A stretch of 64,000 nucleotides of DNA, from assembly GCA_028704295.1 (NCBI GenBank), contig JAQVLF010000001.1:2537-66536 (forward strand). Direction: 5' to 3'. This stretch comes from Minisyncoccota bacterium (GTDB taxonomy: Bacteria; Patescibacteriota; Minisyncoccia; Minisyncoccales; Minisyncoccaceae). Below are positions 27,616-38,277 of the stretch, piece after piece. Both the position numbers and the translations under genes were made by a program. The notes under the pieces were generated by a model. It had not been told where the DNA came from. It was given only the letters and a program-made list of their open reading frames with translations, and made no database searches. The first letter of the stretch is position 1, and each line of letters opens with the position of its first letter.

Positions 27616-28240
27616 ATATTTTTACAAACCTATATTTATTAAATTGATCTTTATGAAATTCATATTTTGAATATGGATTTTTTAAAATTAATTCTTCTAT
27701 TTCTTTTTTTTGATCTTCATCATGTTCAATAACTAAAAGTCCATTTATATTTAAATAATTAAAACCTTCATTAATTATTTTTGTAATTGCATCCATTCCA
27801 TTTTCTCCTGAAAATAGCGCTACACGAGGTTCATACTCTAAAACATCTTCCCCAACCTCATTTATTCTTTTTTCTGCTACATAAGGAGGATTAGCTAAGA
27901 TATAGTCGTATTTACCCTCAATATTTGAAAAAACATCGGTTTTAATTATATTATACCTATTTTCATCAATTCCTTCTAAATTTACTTTTATCTGCTCAAT
28001 AAATTTATCTTCAATTTCTCCAAAATCACAATAAGAATTTTTAATTGCTTTTAAAATTGAAAGTCCTATGCAGCCAGATCCAGAAAATAAGTCTAGACAT
28101 TTTGAACCTTCTTTTATTTCTTTTAAGATTAAAGAAACCCAATACTCAGTTTCTTCTCTTGGAATCAAAGGCTTTAGGGACAAATCAATCTTATTTCCTA
28201 AAAAGTACTTGTATCCTTTTTCGTATTCTTCGGGAATCAT
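27608..28240 (-). CDS. prmC: N5-glutamine (release factor) methyltransferase, short form
   Basis: The SAM motif LDLFSGSGCIG and the catalytic ILANPPYV (NPPY). The start is taken at the internal Met (28240), which abuts the upstream stop. Confidence 0.7.
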   Translation of the reverse strand: MIPEEYEKGYKYFLGNKIDLSLKPLIPREETEYWVSLILKEIKEGSKCLDLFSGSGCIGLSILKAIKNSYCDFGEIEDKFIEQIKVNLEGIDENRYNIIKTDVFSNIEGKYDYILANPPYVAEKRINEVGEDVLEYEPRVALFSGENGMDAITKIINEGFNYLNINGLLVIEHDEDQKKEIEELILKNPYSKYEFHKDQFNKYRFVKIYV

Positions 28241-28689
28241 AGTAAAACAATTAAACCTACTAAAATTCCCAAAATACATCCTGCTGAAATCTCAACCCAG
28301 CTATGTCCTAAAACTTCTCTTAAAGGCTCCATTCCTTTTAAATTAATAAACTCTATTAAATCATTTAATGATTGAGCTTGCTTTTGGGCAGCGCGCCTTA
28401 AAACAGAGGCATCATACAAAACAAAGACTGTAAAAGCAATTGAAACTGCGAAAATAGGAGAATTAAAGCCTGCTTCAAATCCAATTACGGTTGATAAAGC
28501 TGACACTGACGCGCTATGAGAAGAAGGGAACCCTCCCGGAATAAAATATGAAAGAGGGCTAAACTTTTTTTTCTTAATAGAAACAAAAATTACCTTCATT
28601 GTCTGCGCAATGAACCAAGCTGTCAAAGTAGCTATGATTGCCTCATTCTCAAGAATGTTTATAAATATTTCGTTACTCATTGATTTCAA
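28237..28689 (-). CDS. divergent PAP2 / acid-phosphatase-like membrane protein (DUF212, YuiD-like)
   Basis: GGFPSSHSASVSAL is the family hallmark. There are about 4 TM helices. Confidence 0.7.
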   Translation of the reverse strand: MKSMSNEIFINILENEAIIATLTAWFIAQTMKVIFVSIKKKKFSPLSYFIPGGFPSSHSASVSALSTVIGFEAGFNSPIFAVSIAFTVFVLYDASVLRRAAQKQAQSLNDLIEFINLKGMEPLREVLGHSWVEISAGCILGILVGLIVLL

Positions 28690-28894
28690 AAATTTTACTA
28701 GGGCTTCTTGCCCCTTTTATTAACCTTATCTTGTTTTCTTTAATGTTAAAATATTTAGCTAAAATTTCAAAAACTTTTTTATTGGCTTCTCCTCTTTCTC
28801 TTTTTTCTTTGAAAAAAATCTCAAAAGAATTTTCATCCTTTTTTAAAATTAATTCTTTTTTTGACTCTGGATGACACTTAACCTTTATTAACAT
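28673..28894 (-). CDS. DUF167 (YggU-like) protein
   Basis: ERGEANKKVFEILAKYFNIKENKIRLIKGARSPSKIFEI matches the DUF167 pattern (eGkAN...G.tsr.K). Confidence 0.65.
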   Translation of the reverse strand: MLIKVKCHPESKKELILKKDENSFEIFFKEKRERGEANKKVFEILAKYFNIKENKIRLIKGARSPSKIFEINE

Positions 28895-29084
28895 TATTTT
28901 TGTCTATAAATAGAAGGTAAATAATAGGAAGAAGTCCCGCTGTATTTAAAACAAACATGGCGATATACCAAGGCTTGCTTCCTTTTTTTGCTGCTTTCCA
29001 TAAAGCAAACGCTTTCAATATCCCTTCGAAAATAGAAATAATAATTATTAATGTGACTACGTTTTGTGGCAATTCTTCCATCAT
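28878..29084 (-). CDS. small two-TM membrane protein
   Basis: A 68-aa ORF with two hydrophobic helices, tightly packed in the operon. Confidence 0.4.
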   Translation of the reverse strand: MMEELPQNVVTLIIIISIFEGILKAFALWKAAKKGSKPWYIAMFVLNTAGLLPIIYLLFIDKNNVNKG

Positions 29085-29089
29085 ATTTT

Positions 29090-29638
29090 TTACTTTAAAC
29101 TATTTATTATTTTTTTAATATCTTTTTTTAATATATCTAATTTTTTATTGTCATATATTGCTGCTGCAGGATGATACATTGGAATAATTATTAAATCATT
29201 TATTTTAAAAACTTTTCCATGAACTTCTCCAATTTCATAACTTTCACTTAAGTACTTATTTAAAATGTACTTGCTTGAAAATCTTCCTAAAGGGCAAATC
29301 ACTTTTGGCTTAATCATTTCTAGCTGCTTATCTAGATATTCTTTACACTTTTTAATCTCTCCCTCTTCTGGATCCCTATTCTTAGGAGGCCTGCACTTAA
29401 TAATATTTGTAATATAGACTTCCTCTCTTTTCAAATTAATGCTCTCTAAAAGCTCGTCTAATATATTGCCTGCTCTTCCACAAAAAGGAACTCCTGTTTC
29501 ATCTTCATTTTTGCCTGGAGCTTCGCCAATAAAAACAATCTTGCTTTTTGTATTTCCACAATAAATTGTGGGTAAATTTCTTGTCATGTGCAAACTGCAT
29601 TTCTTGCACTCCTTAATTTCTTCTAATAATTTATTCAT
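29090..29638 (-). CDS. uracil-DNA glycosylase, family 4
   Basis: CKKCSLH, GEAPGKNEDETGVPFCGRAG, and HPAA near the C-terminus. Confidence 0.88.
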   Translation of the reverse strand: MNKLLEEIKECKKCSLHMTRNLPTIYCGNTKSKIVFIGEAPGKNEDETGVPFCGRAGNILDELLESINLKREEVYITNIIKCRPPKNRDPEEGEIKKCKEYLDKQLEMIKPKVICPLGRFSSKYILNKYLSESYEIGEVHGKVFKINDLIIIPMYHPAAAIYDNKKLDILKKDIKKIINSLK

Positions 29639-29723
29639 TTAAGCAATACTCTAATAAATAAAACTATCAAAGTAATAGTTAATATTATTAAGAGCATGTA
29701 CATTGTTGTTTTTCTTAATATCA

Positions 29724-30932
29724 TCATATTGATCCTAAAACTTCAGGAAAGAATATTATAATAATGCCTAGCAAAATTAATATTACGCCGGAAATGAATT
29801 TAGCAAGCTTCACATATCTTTCTGACTCATTTGCTAAATTAAAAGTAAACACTGCTATCAAAAATATTATAAAATCATCTAGCATATAAAATATATCATA
29901 TATTAAAAGATAAAAATAGTAAGCAGACAATGATATATTGTATGATGTTAATATCTTTGTAAAAGCAACTGGAAGACCAAACGAACAAATAAGCTCTATT
30001 GAATTAACTCCAGCAGCGACAAAAATAACTCCTCCCAATATTAAAAATATATTTTTTTCTGAACTCACAATCTCTCTTATCTTTAATAATAGTTTTTGCT
30101 GATTTTCAGAAAACCAACTTTTTTTATTTGGATCAATTTCGCAAAGCTTACAAATAACGCCGTCAAAATATTCTTTCAAAACATAGACTCCCAAAATTAT
30201 CATTAAAGCTCCGATTGCATATGTGATTAAATCTATATGCGGAAGGATTAAGAATATATTAAACCACGCTCCAATAAAAAGATAATAGATTATTCCTGAA
30301 ACTAAAATAAAGACTCCTCCTATTAAAATTAATTTTCTTCTGTCTCCTAATCCGATTAAAATAGCCAACAAAAATGCAAGTGCTGCCATTGCGCAAGCAT
30401 TAAATCCGTCAAGAAATCCAAATAAGATTGAAAAAATTAAAGGAGATGCGCTGCTTAAATCAATTTTTCCAATTAAAGGTAATTCTATTTGCTTTAATTC
30501 ATTCATTGAAGAAACTTCGCCAACTACGTAAGAATCATTATTCTTTAGCCCGTTGCTCAAATTGAAGTTATTGATGGCAGCTGATATTTTATCTTCTGAT
30601 ACACCTTTTTGAAAACCAATAAAATAATAGTTTTCTATAAAAATCACAGGGACTCCTCCCCTATGACTTTCATCCACACTGTACGTGTCGTAATATGAAT
30701 TAAGCAAGCTAACAGACTCTTTTTTACTTATTTCAAATTTTTCTATTTGAATATTACTGTTCTCAAGCGAGATATCTTTTAAAAATTCATTTGCATCACT
30801 GCAATGAGGACAAGTTTTGCTATAGAAAAAATCTATATCTACTTTATCATCATTAAGATTAATTTGTGCGTTTGTAAAATTACAAAAAGAAAATAATCCT
30901 AAAAATAATGTTAGAAAAATCTTTTTCATCAT
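29724..30932 (-). CDS. thioredoxin-fold (CPHC) domain fused to a DsbD-like polytopic membrane domain
   Basis: A signal peptide, then FYSKTCPHCSDA, then 6-8 TM helices that include FLDGFNACAMAAL. Confidence 0.6.
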   Translation of the reverse strand: MMKKIFLTLFLGLFSFCNFTNAQINLNDDKVDIDFFYSKTCPHCSDANEFLKDISLENSNIQIEKFEISKKESVSLLNSYYDTYSVDESHRGGVPVIFIENYYFIGFQKGVSEDKISAAINNFNLSNGLKNNDSYVVGEVSSMNELKQIELPLIGKIDLSSASPLIFSILFGFLDGFNACAMAALAFLLAILIGLGDRRKLILIGGVFILVSGIIYYLFIGAWFNIFLILPHIDLITYAIGALMIILGVYVLKEYFDGVICKLCEIDPNKKSWFSENQQKLLLKIREIVSSEKNIFLILGGVIFVAAGVNSIELICSFGLPVAFTKILTSYNISLSAYYFYLLIYDIFYMLDDFIIFLIAVFTFNLANESERYVKLAKFISGVILILLGIIIIFFPEVLGSI

Positions 30933-31408
30933 TTGATTTCTAAAAGCTCAACTTCAAAAGTTAAATTGCTTTTAGGAGGAATAGTGCCATATCCATTTTC
31001 TCCGTAAGCAAGCTCGTATGGAATAAACAATTTTCTTTTTTCTCCCACTTTCATATTAAGCATGCCTTCTTCCCATCCTTTAATAACTGAATGGCGTCCT
31101 AAGGTAAACTCAAATGGAATTCCTCTATCTAAGCTAGAATCAAACTTTTCTCCATTCTCAAATGTTCCTGTATAATGAACAGATAAAGTATCTCCTACCT
31201 TTGAAGACTCTCCTTCGCCTTCTTTTAAAACTTCTATATCAACTTTTTTTTCATTTATTTGCATATCGTCTATTGTAATATTTACAGTTTCTCCTTCTTC
31301 ATTGTTGTTAACTTCTTCTTTTCTTGTAAAAGATTGGAAGACAAAATACATCAAAACAATAAATAAGACTATTAATAATATATTTTTAATTAGATTTTGT
31401 CTGTTCAT
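30929..31408 (-). CDS. FKBP-type peptidyl-prolyl isomerase, membrane anchored
   Basis: VHYTGTFENGEKFDSS, VIKGWEEG and LTFEVELL. Confidence 0.88.
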   Translation of the reverse strand: MNRQNLIKNILLIVLFIVLMYFVFQSFTRKEEVNNNEEGETVNITIDDMQINEKKVDIEVLKEGEGESSKVGDTLSVHYTGTFENGEKFDSSLDRGIPFEFTLGRHSVIKGWEEGMLNMKVGEKRKLFIPYELAYGENGYGTIPPKSNLTFEVELLEIK

Positions 31409-32229
31409 TTTATTGAATATGTCACATATACGTTAACTGTAATCGCATTCTGTCCTGCTGCTATTGGTTCCCCTGCTTCCATAGTTTTTACACCATAAAT
31501 TATTCCATAATCATTATCAGAATAACTAACTGGACTGCCTAATGACAAGTTTAAGCCCTGTGCAATACTTTCTGCTTTTTCTCCAGCTTTTTTAATTGCT
31601 AAGTCTCTTGCCTCCTTGACATAAGCATCTTTATTACCCACTTCAAAGGTTAAATCGCTTACAGTATTTGCTCCTGCATTGAGAGCTGAACTAATAATGC
31701 TTTCTATATTATCAACATCCATTTTTATCTCAATCACCTCTTTAACCTTGTAAGATGAAATTGTAATTCCTTTCGCCTGTTTCTGGTATTGAGGTTCGAT
31801 TGAAAATTCTACTGTTTTAATATTTTCAGATAAGACGCCCTCCCCCTGAGCAAAATTAATAATATTTGTTGCTTTTCTTAAACTTTCTGCAGTTGCTTCT
31901 TTTAGAGAAGTTCCTGTTGTTTCTATTCCAACATTAACTATTGCAATATCAGGAGTTGCATAAACCGTAGAGCTTGCACTAACTGTAATATTTCCTTTTT
32001 CTTGATTTGTGACGACTTCGCCCTGGCCTTGAGTTTTTGAAATAAGGCTATAAATGGTAGAAAATGATAAAATTACTAAGAATATGCTGAAAATAATAGC
32101 TGCTAATTTAAGACTACCATCCAAATTATTTTCTTTCCTATAAACCGGCTTAATAGGCATTTGAGGCTGCGTTCTAGGCACGCTATTTATTGGATCTGGA
32201 CTAATTGGTCGATTAAAATTTTCTTCCAT
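31405..32229 (-). CDS. SIMPL (DUF541) domain protein
   Basis: A TM anchor, then DIAIVNVGIET...A.....A and a C-terminal ITVNVYVTYSI pattern. It is a paralog of 44751..45473 and 61285..62043. Confidence 0.65.
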   Translation of the reverse strand: MEENFNRPISPDPINSVPRTQPQMPIKPVYRKENNLDGSLKLAAIIFSIFLVILSFSTIYSLISKTQGQGEVVTNQEKGNITVSASSTVYATPDIAIVNVGIETTGTSLKEATAESLRKATNIINFAQGEGVLSENIKTVEFSIEPQYQKQAKGITISSYKVKEVIEIKMDVDNIESIISSALNAGANTVSDLTFEVGNKDAYVKEARDLAIKKAGEKAESIAQGLNLSLGSPVSYSDNDYGIIYGVKTMEAGEPIAAGQNAITVNVYVTYSIK

Positions 32230-32239
32230 AAAATTATTA

Positions 32240-32566
32240 TTAACTTATTATTGATCCAGGGGCGACTTTATCCTCTGGTTTTAGAATTATTGGCTTGTCT
32301 TCATCCTTTACAAAAAGAATCATACCTTGACTTTCAATTCCAAAAATTGTTCTTGGCTCTAAATTTGTAATTATTACAACTTGGCTGCCTATTAAATAAG
32401 AAGGCTCATAGTATTCAGCTACTCCCGAAACAACCGTTCTTTTCTCTTCTCCTAAATCAACTTCTAACTTTAATAGCTTATGAGAATCCTCTACTTTTTC
32501 TGCTGACAAAATCTCAGCGATTCTAAGGTCCATTTTTTTGAACTCCTCAAATGAAATATTTTCCAT
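32240..32566 (-). CDS. tRNA-binding domain protein (CsaA / MetRS C-terminal-like)
   Basis: F.K.DLRIAEILSAEKVEDSHKLLKLEVDLGEEKRTVVSG is the canonical OB-fold tRNA-binding domain. Confidence 0.82.
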   Translation of the reverse strand: MENISFEEFKKMDLRIAEILSAEKVEDSHKLLKLEVDLGEEKRTVVSGVAEYYEPSYLIGSQVVIITNLEPRTIFGIESQGMILFVKDEDKPIILKPEDKVAPGSIIS

Positions 32567-32609
32567 AATGATTATATTATATTATCTTAAATTATTTTTT
32601 TCAAGCTAC

Positions 32610-33170
32610 TTATCTTAACTTGAAACTTCTATAAGTTTCCTCAAATATCGGTTTTGTAGTTTCCCAATTTGATTCAAGACTATTCAAACTGACAACGAAA
32701 TATGTATCGCTTACCCCCTTTCTTAATGCCATTGCTATTATATATTCATTTTCATTTTCAAATACTTTAGCAATGATAATATGAAAAGATCCTTCGTCTT
32801 TTTCTTCTAAAATTTCCACGTTTTCAGATGATTCTTTGACTTTTGCTTTTATGTAATCAAAATATTGCTTTGGGCTTCTTCCCTTCAGTTCTTCACTTAT
32901 AAGAAATACATATGACTTAAATGGATTATCTCCATTATTCTCACTTACATTTAAAAAGGCTATAGGTCCTAATTCATTTGTTTCTTGCCATCCTTCTGGA
33001 ATCTTAAAGGAATATCCTTGCATAGCGTAATATCCCTCTTTAACATCTAATTTATCAATGCTCTTCCCATAAAAAAAGCATAACACTCCAAATATTAAAA
33101 TTAATGCCATCAATATTGTTTTCTTTATCATAGCTTGTTTATTATATTTATCTTTACTATAATATAACAA
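32610..33170 (-). CDS. hypothetical membrane-anchored protein
   Basis: ORF with an N-terminal TM helix and no recognisable motif. Confidence 0.4.
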   Translation of the reverse strand: MLYYSKDKYNKQAMIKKTILMALILIFGVLCFFYGKSIDKLDVKEGYYAMQGYSFKIPEGWQETNELGPIAFLNVSENNGDNPFKSYVFLISEELKGRSPKQYFDYIKAKVKESSENVEILEEKDEGSFHIIIAKVFENENEYIIAMALRKGVSDTYFVVSLNSLESNWETTKPIFEETYRSFKLR

Positions 33171-33193
33171 TAAATAGTTTAATATTCAATCTC

Positions 33194-34327
33194 ATGAGTA
33201 AAAGAAATTTAATTTTAACCATAATTGTAGGAATTGTTATTATAGCTAGTATAATGATATTAGTAAATAAAAAAGAGGTTAATTCTGTCTCCCTAGATGA
33301 AAAAATTGGACAAATGCTTATATTGGGATTTAGAGGACTAGAAGTTAATGAGTCTTCTAAAATAATTAATGATATCAACAAATACAATATAGGCGGGGTA
33401 ATACTTTTTGATTATGATGTCCCATCAAAAACATGGAATAGAAATATTGAGAGCCCAAATCAAACTAAAAAATTAATTGAGGATATAAGAAATTTAACAA
33501 GGGGTGATTTGGTCGTAGCAGTTGATGCAGAGGGAGGATACGTAAATAGATTAAAATCCAAATATGGCTTCGCTCAAATAGACAGCGCCCAAAAAATGGG
33601 AGAAGGAGAAAAAGAACAAACCTTCTTGAAAGCTTCCCCCTTAGGGTTAGAATTAAATTATTTAGGATTTAATCTCAATTTTGCCCCAGTAGTTGATGTT
33701 AATATAAATCCTGATAATCCAGCAATTGGATATTTAGAAAGATCGTTTAATAATGATCCCGAAAAAGTTTATGAACATGCAGATGCTTTTATTGATACAA
33801 TGCATGAATATAATATTGCAACTGCAATCAAGCATTTCCCAGGTCATGGAAGCTCAAAAGATGACAGCCACTTAGGACTAGTTGATGTCACTAATACATA
33901 TGACAAAGAAAAAGAACTTTTACCTTATAAAAAATTAATTGAGGATAATAAATTGGATATGATCATGACTGCACATGTTATGAATCAAAACATTGATAGT
34001 GAAAATCCTGCAACATTATCCCCTATTTTCCTTGAGGATATTTTAAGAAATGAATTAGGATATAATGGAATTATTGTATCAGATGATATGCAGATGGGTG
34101 CTATTATTGATAACTTTGGCTTTGATGAAGCGATTATAAAGGCAATTAATGCAGGATGCAATCTTTTAATATTTTCAAATAACAATAATAGAGAATATGA
34201 CGAAGACATAGCTCAAAAAGCAGTTAATGTAATTAAAAAAGCCGCTCAAAACGGACAAATATCTGAAGAAACTATAAACGATTCATATAATAAAATTCAA
34301 GCATTGAAACAAAAATACGGAATTTAA
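33194..34327 (+). CDS. nagZ: glycoside hydrolase family 3 beta-N-acetylhexosaminidase (NagZ-like)
   Basis: KIGQMLILGF, KHFPGHG, and VSDDMQM. Confidence 0.82.
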   Translation: MSKRNLILTIIVGIVIIASIMILVNKKEVNSVSLDEKIGQMLILGFRGLEVNESSKIINDINKYNIGGVILFDYDVPSKTWNRNIESPNQTKKLIEDIRNLTRGDLVVAVDAEGGYVNRLKSKYGFAQIDSAQKMGEGEKEQTFLKASPLGLELNYLGFNLNFAPVVDVNINPDNPAIGYLERSFNNDPEKVYEHADAFIDTMHEYNIATAIKHFPGHGSSKDDSHLGLVDVTNTYDKEKELLPYKKLIEDNKLDMIMTAHVMNQNIDSENPATLSPIFLEDILRNELGYNGIIVSDDMQMGAIIDNFGFDEAIIKAINAGCNLLIFSNNNNREYDEDIAQKAVNVIKKAAQNGQISEETINDSYNKIQALKQKYGI

Positions 34328-34464
34328 AAAGAGGAATGCTTTTAAAATTTTCCTCCTAATATTATAACAATTGTCAGCACTATTGCCGCTACCAAACAGA
34401 ATAAGTCTTCCGCATCCATTCTAGTCACTATTTTTAATATAGCAACCCTATCTTTTTTAGTCAA

Positions 34465-35286
34465 TTATAATTTGTAAATTCCAGAAATTTCTTCTTCTAT
34501 TCCTACTGACTTTTTAATTGCACTTAATCTTTCTTTAGTAGATCTTTCTCCTTCCTCGATAGCATCAAACGTCTTGCCTTGGAATATTTTATGAATTCCT
34601 AAAATGCCATAATCTTCAAAATATGGATCAATCAAAACATCGCATTCTTTTAATTCATATTCTGATAAGCGATGCTGCATGATTGCAAAAGATCTTTCTG
34701 TCATCGAGTATATATTCTTTTTTTTTGTATTCATTACTTTATCTTCTATTCTTACTCCAATAACAACATCTGCTCCCATTTCTTTTAACGCCTTAATTGG
34801 TACTGGAGAAGATAGACCTCCATCACAAAGTTCTCTTTTGCCGCAATCAACAAGCTCAAACACAAAAGGAACAGCCATGCTTGCTCTAACCGCGAGAGCG
34901 ATATTCCCATTTTTTATCCTCACTTCTTCTCCCGTATTATAATCAGTGGCGATAACACACATTGGAATACTAAGATCTTTAAATCTTTTATCTTCAAATT
35001 TATTTTCGAAAAAATTAATTATTTTTTTTCCTTTAATCAATCCTCCTTTCAAAGATATATCAAGAAGCGATCTAATCTTATGAAAATCAGTCAAAGTCTC
35101 TTCTACTTTTTTAGTATCCTTATATAAAGAATAAAGAGACCCTACAACTGCTCCAGCCGAAGATCCTGCAATAAAATCAATAGGAATATTATTTTCCTCG
35201 AGCACCTTTAAAACTCCAATATGAGCATAACCTTTTGCCCCACCAGAACCTAAGGCTATACCAACTTTTTTTCTTTTTGTTTCCAT
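34465..35286 (-). CDS. patatin-like phospholipase
   Basis: The oxyanion GSGGAKG, the nucleophile elbow GSSAG, and the DGG catalytic Asp (CDGGL). Confidence 0.85.
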   Translation of the reverse strand: METKRKKVGIALGSGGAKGYAHIGVLKVLEENNIPIDFIAGSSAGAVVGSLYSLYKDTKKVEETLTDFHKIRSLLDISLKGGLIKGKKIINFFENKFEDKRFKDLSIPMCVIATDYNTGEEVRIKNGNIALAVRASMAVPFVFELVDCGKRELCDGGLSSPVPIKALKEMGADVVIGVRIEDKVMNTKKKNIYSMTERSFAIMQHRLSEYELKECDVLIDPYFEDYGILGIHKIFQGKTFDAIEEGERSTKERLSAIKKSVGIEEEISGIYKL

Positions 35287-35315
35287 TGACTTTAATTATA
35301 TCAGAATCGAATGTA

Positions 35316-35362
35316 TAAAAAAAGAGACCTGTGTAACTTTACGTCTCACATTATTTGGTCTC
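35316..35362 (-). terminator. terminator-like hairpin plus U-run downstream of ORF 35450..35947
   Basis: gagacc (35324..35329) pairs with ggtctc (35357..35362). The plus-strand A-run at 35316..35323 gives the U-run on the minus strand. Confidence 0.45.
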
Positions 35363-35449
35363 GGACGAATATTAGCGTCGCCCTTTAGGAGGCTCCCACT
35401 GTTCCGTGTGCATTAATGATTTGAAAGAACGAATTAGCTCTTATAAGTC

Positions 35450-35947
35450 TTATCTGAATATATTTTGTAGGGGGAGGAAGATATTCTCAAGCCCCTCCCG
35501 GTTCATCCTCTCGGCATAATCGGATAAGGTCTCGATTTGAGTCAAATATCTTCCTTCTTGGCCTTTGATAAAAGTTATTATGACTCCTCCCTCCTTGCAT
35601 TGTCTTGGAAGCGAGTTAAAAATTTCTTTAGAACCAACTTTGAAAATATTTCCAAGTTCTTTCACGTCTTCCTCTATAAAGTGCCACCACACTTTATTAA
35701 AAACGTCCTTGTCACTTTTAGGTAGCCGCATAAATATTTCAACTTTGTAAGTTCCCTGATCGTAATATCTTGTTCCCTTATAAATAGGTTTTCCTCGTCT
35801 AATAAAAACAATAAGTATGTACCCTATAAGAGAAAGAAGAACTAATGTACATAAATCATTGTGAAGGTACTCTCCCATAACAGTTAATATAACTGCCACA
35901 ATAAACCAAATTAATCCAACTCTGAGCGCGCTCATATAATCATTCAC
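35450..35947 (-). CDS. hypothetical two-TM protein with a soluble C-terminal domain
   Basis: ORF-track entry. The 3' part is noticeably GC-richer than its surroundings. Confidence 0.4.
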   Translation of the reverse strand: MNDYMSALRVGLIWFIVAVILTVMGEYLHNDLCTLVLLSLIGYILIVFIRRGKPIYKGTRYYDQGTYKVEIFMRLPKSDKDVFNKVWWHFIEEDVKELGNIFKVGSKEIFNSLPRQCKEGGVIITFIKGQEGRYLTQIETLSDYAERMNREGLENIFLPLQNIFR

Positions 35948-35974
35948 TCCAAATATATAATCGACAAATTAGTC

Positions 35975-37201
35975 TTAATTGTCAATATTTTGCCCCATTA
36001 CTGCTCCAGTTGTAAAACACATTTGAAGATTAAAGCCCCCTGTTTCTCCATTCAAGTCAATAACCTCTCCTGCAAAATATAAATTATGAATAATTTTAGA
36101 TTTCATTGTTTTAGAATCAATTTCTTTTAGAGAAACTCCTCCTTTTGTTACCATTGCTTTTTCAAAACCTAAAAGACCAACAACATTTAATTCTATCTTT
36201 TTTAGATTATTTATAAGTTTTCTTCTTCCTTCTTTTGTAATATTTCTGCAAATAGTTTCTTTTTGAATATCCGAAAAATTCAAAATAATTAGGAGCAGCT
36301 TGGAAGGAATAATTTTTTCCAAAGTATTATAAATTGTTTTTTTGTAATTTTCCTCGATTGAATTCACAATATTTTTTTCTAATTCTTCAATATTTTTTAA
36401 TGGAAATAAATCTAAATATATTTTATCTTTAGATTTTATTCTTTCGCTTAAATTTAATATTATGGGACCACTTATGCCAAAATGAGTAAATAATACGTCT
36501 CCAATAATTTGTTTTTCGTTATTTAGTTTAATCCCTGCGTTATACAAAGTTAGTCCTTTCAAAAGACTTACCCATTTTTCTTTTATCTCGATCGGTGTTA
36601 AGGCAGGTTTCAATTCAGTAATAGTATGACCCATTTTTTGAGCAAATAAATATCCATCGCCAGTAGAGCCAGTCATTGGATACGATTTTCCTCCGGTTGA
36701 AATTAAGTAATTTTGAGCAGATATTTCTGAACTATTTTTGAGTACAATACTTTTTATTATTTTATCTTCTAATATAAAATTAGAAACTTCTCTATTTAAT
36801 ATAATTTTAACATCGTACTTATTTAATTCTTTTCTAAAAAAACTCAAAACATCTTTTGATTTTTCTGATTTAGGATAAACTTTATTATCTTCAATTTTTA
36901 AATCTAACCCATTCTCGCTAAAAAAATCCATCGTTTCTTTCACTCCAAAAGATGATAAAGGAGATAATAGAAAGTCTCCTTGTTTACCAAATTTTAAAGC
37001 AAACTCTCTATTGGTTAAATTAGTATGAGTCAGATTGCATCTTCCTCCACCAGTTAAAAGCAGCTTGCTGCCAAGCTCTTTATTCTTTTCAAGCAAAATG
37101 ACTTTCTTTCCATTTTTAGCAGCCATTATTCCTGCCATCATTCCCGCAGGACCTCCTCCAATAATGCATAGATCATACTTAGGCATTGCTTTTAATTTCA
37201 A
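35975..37201 (-). CDS. HI0933-like FAD-dependent oxidoreductase (aminoacetone-oxidase family)
   Basis: The FAD motif IIGGGPAGMMAG, GGGRCNLTH, and the C-terminal FAGEVID..G.TGG.NLQ. Confidence 0.8.
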   Translation of the reverse strand: MKLKAMPKYDLCIIGGGPAGMMAGIMAAKNGKKVILLEKNKELGSKLLLTGGGRCNLTHTNLTNREFALKFGKQGDFLLSPLSSFGVKETMDFFSENGLDLKIEDNKVYPKSEKSKDVLSFFRKELNKYDVKIILNREVSNFILEDKIIKSIVLKNSSEISAQNYLISTGGKSYPMTGSTGDGYLFAQKMGHTITELKPALTPIEIKEKWVSLLKGLTLYNAGIKLNNEKQIIGDVLFTHFGISGPIILNLSERIKSKDKIYLDLFPLKNIEELEKNIVNSIEENYKKTIYNTLEKIIPSKLLLIILNFSDIQKETICRNITKEGRRKLINNLKKIELNVVGLLGFEKAMVTKGGVSLKEIDSKTMKSKIIHNLYFAGEVIDLNGETGGFNLQMCFTTGAVMGQNIDN

Positions 37202-38252
37202 TTACATCTCCATCTTGAACAACATATTCTTTTCCCTCTGTCCTAATTAAACCTTTTGCCCTTGCTAGAGCAAAAGTTTTGGAATCATATAAATCCTTCC
37301 AGCTAACTACCTCTGCTTTAATGAATTTTTCTTTAAAGTCAGTATGAATTACTCCTCCTGCATCAGGAGCTAAGCTGCCTTCTTCTAAAGTCCATGCTCT
37401 TGTTTCGTCTTCTCCTGTGGTTAAAAAAGTAATTAAGCCTAAGACTTCGTAACTTTTTTTAATGAGAAGATCTAATTTGGAATTTCCTAATCCAAGCTCC
37501 TTTCTTTCTTCATTATTTAACCCTTCTAAATCTAATTCTTCTTTGATATTGATTACGATGTAATCCCAATTATTCTTATTAAAAATATTCATAACGTCCG
37601 AAGGTATTTCGTCTTCCTCCCCGTTTAAAAGATAAACTCTTTTTTTCAAAGTTAAGAGCTGATATTGTTTTAATATATCTATATCCTCCAAAGAAAAATT
37701 CTGATCAATTAAAACTTTTCCCTCTTCAAGAAAGATTCGCGCTCTCTTAAGCAATTCTAATTCTTTCTCATCTTCTTTTCTTGCACCGGCTCTCATTTTC
37801 TTTTGGACAGCCTCTATTCTCTTATCAACAGTGTTCAAATCTTTCAAAGCCATTTCCATATCCAAAATCTCCTTATCTTCAAAAGGATTAATATAGGGCC
37901 TTGTGTTGATAACATTATTGTCTTTAAAACATCTCAAAACATAGAGGATAGCATCAACTTCTCTGATATTGGCTAAAAATTGATTGCCTAGTCCCTCTCC
38001 TTTATTAGCTCCTTCAACAAGCCCTGCAATATCAACAAACTCTATTGTTGTATAAATTTTCTTCTTGGATTTCATTAAGTCTCCCAACATATCAACTCGT
38101 TCATCAGGAACAGCTGTTACTCCAACATTTGGATCAATTGTACAAAAAGGATAATTAGCACAATCAACCTGTTTTTTTGTAATAGCTCTGAAAAGAGTAG
38201 ATTTGCCGACATTCGGAAATCCAACAATTCCAATATGCAATGACATAGGCAA
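37179..38252 (-). CDS. ychF: ribosome-binding ATPase YchF
   Basis: The G1 motif GFPNVGKST, FVDIAGLV, and the C-terminal TGS-like block (VQDGDVIE). Confidence 0.9.
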   Translation of the reverse strand: MPMSLHIGIVGFPNVGKSTLFRAITKKQVDCANYPFCTIDPNVGVTAVPDERVDMLGDLMKSKKKIYTTIEFVDIAGLVEGANKGEGLGNQFLANIREVDAILYVLRCFKDNNVINTRPYINPFEDKEILDMEMALKDLNTVDKRIEAVQKKMRAGARKEDEKELELLKRARIFLEEGKVLIDQNFSLEDIDILKQYQLLTLKKRVYLLNGEEDEIPSDVMNIFNKNNWDYIVINIKEELDLEGLNNEERKELGLGNSKLDLLIKKSYEVLGLITFLTTGEDETRAWTLEEGSLAPDAGGVIHTDFKEKFIKAEVVSWKDLYDSKTFALARAKGLIRTEGKEYVVQDGDVIEIKSNA

Positions 38253-38277
38253 ATATTATCTTTAATGGGGAGAAAAG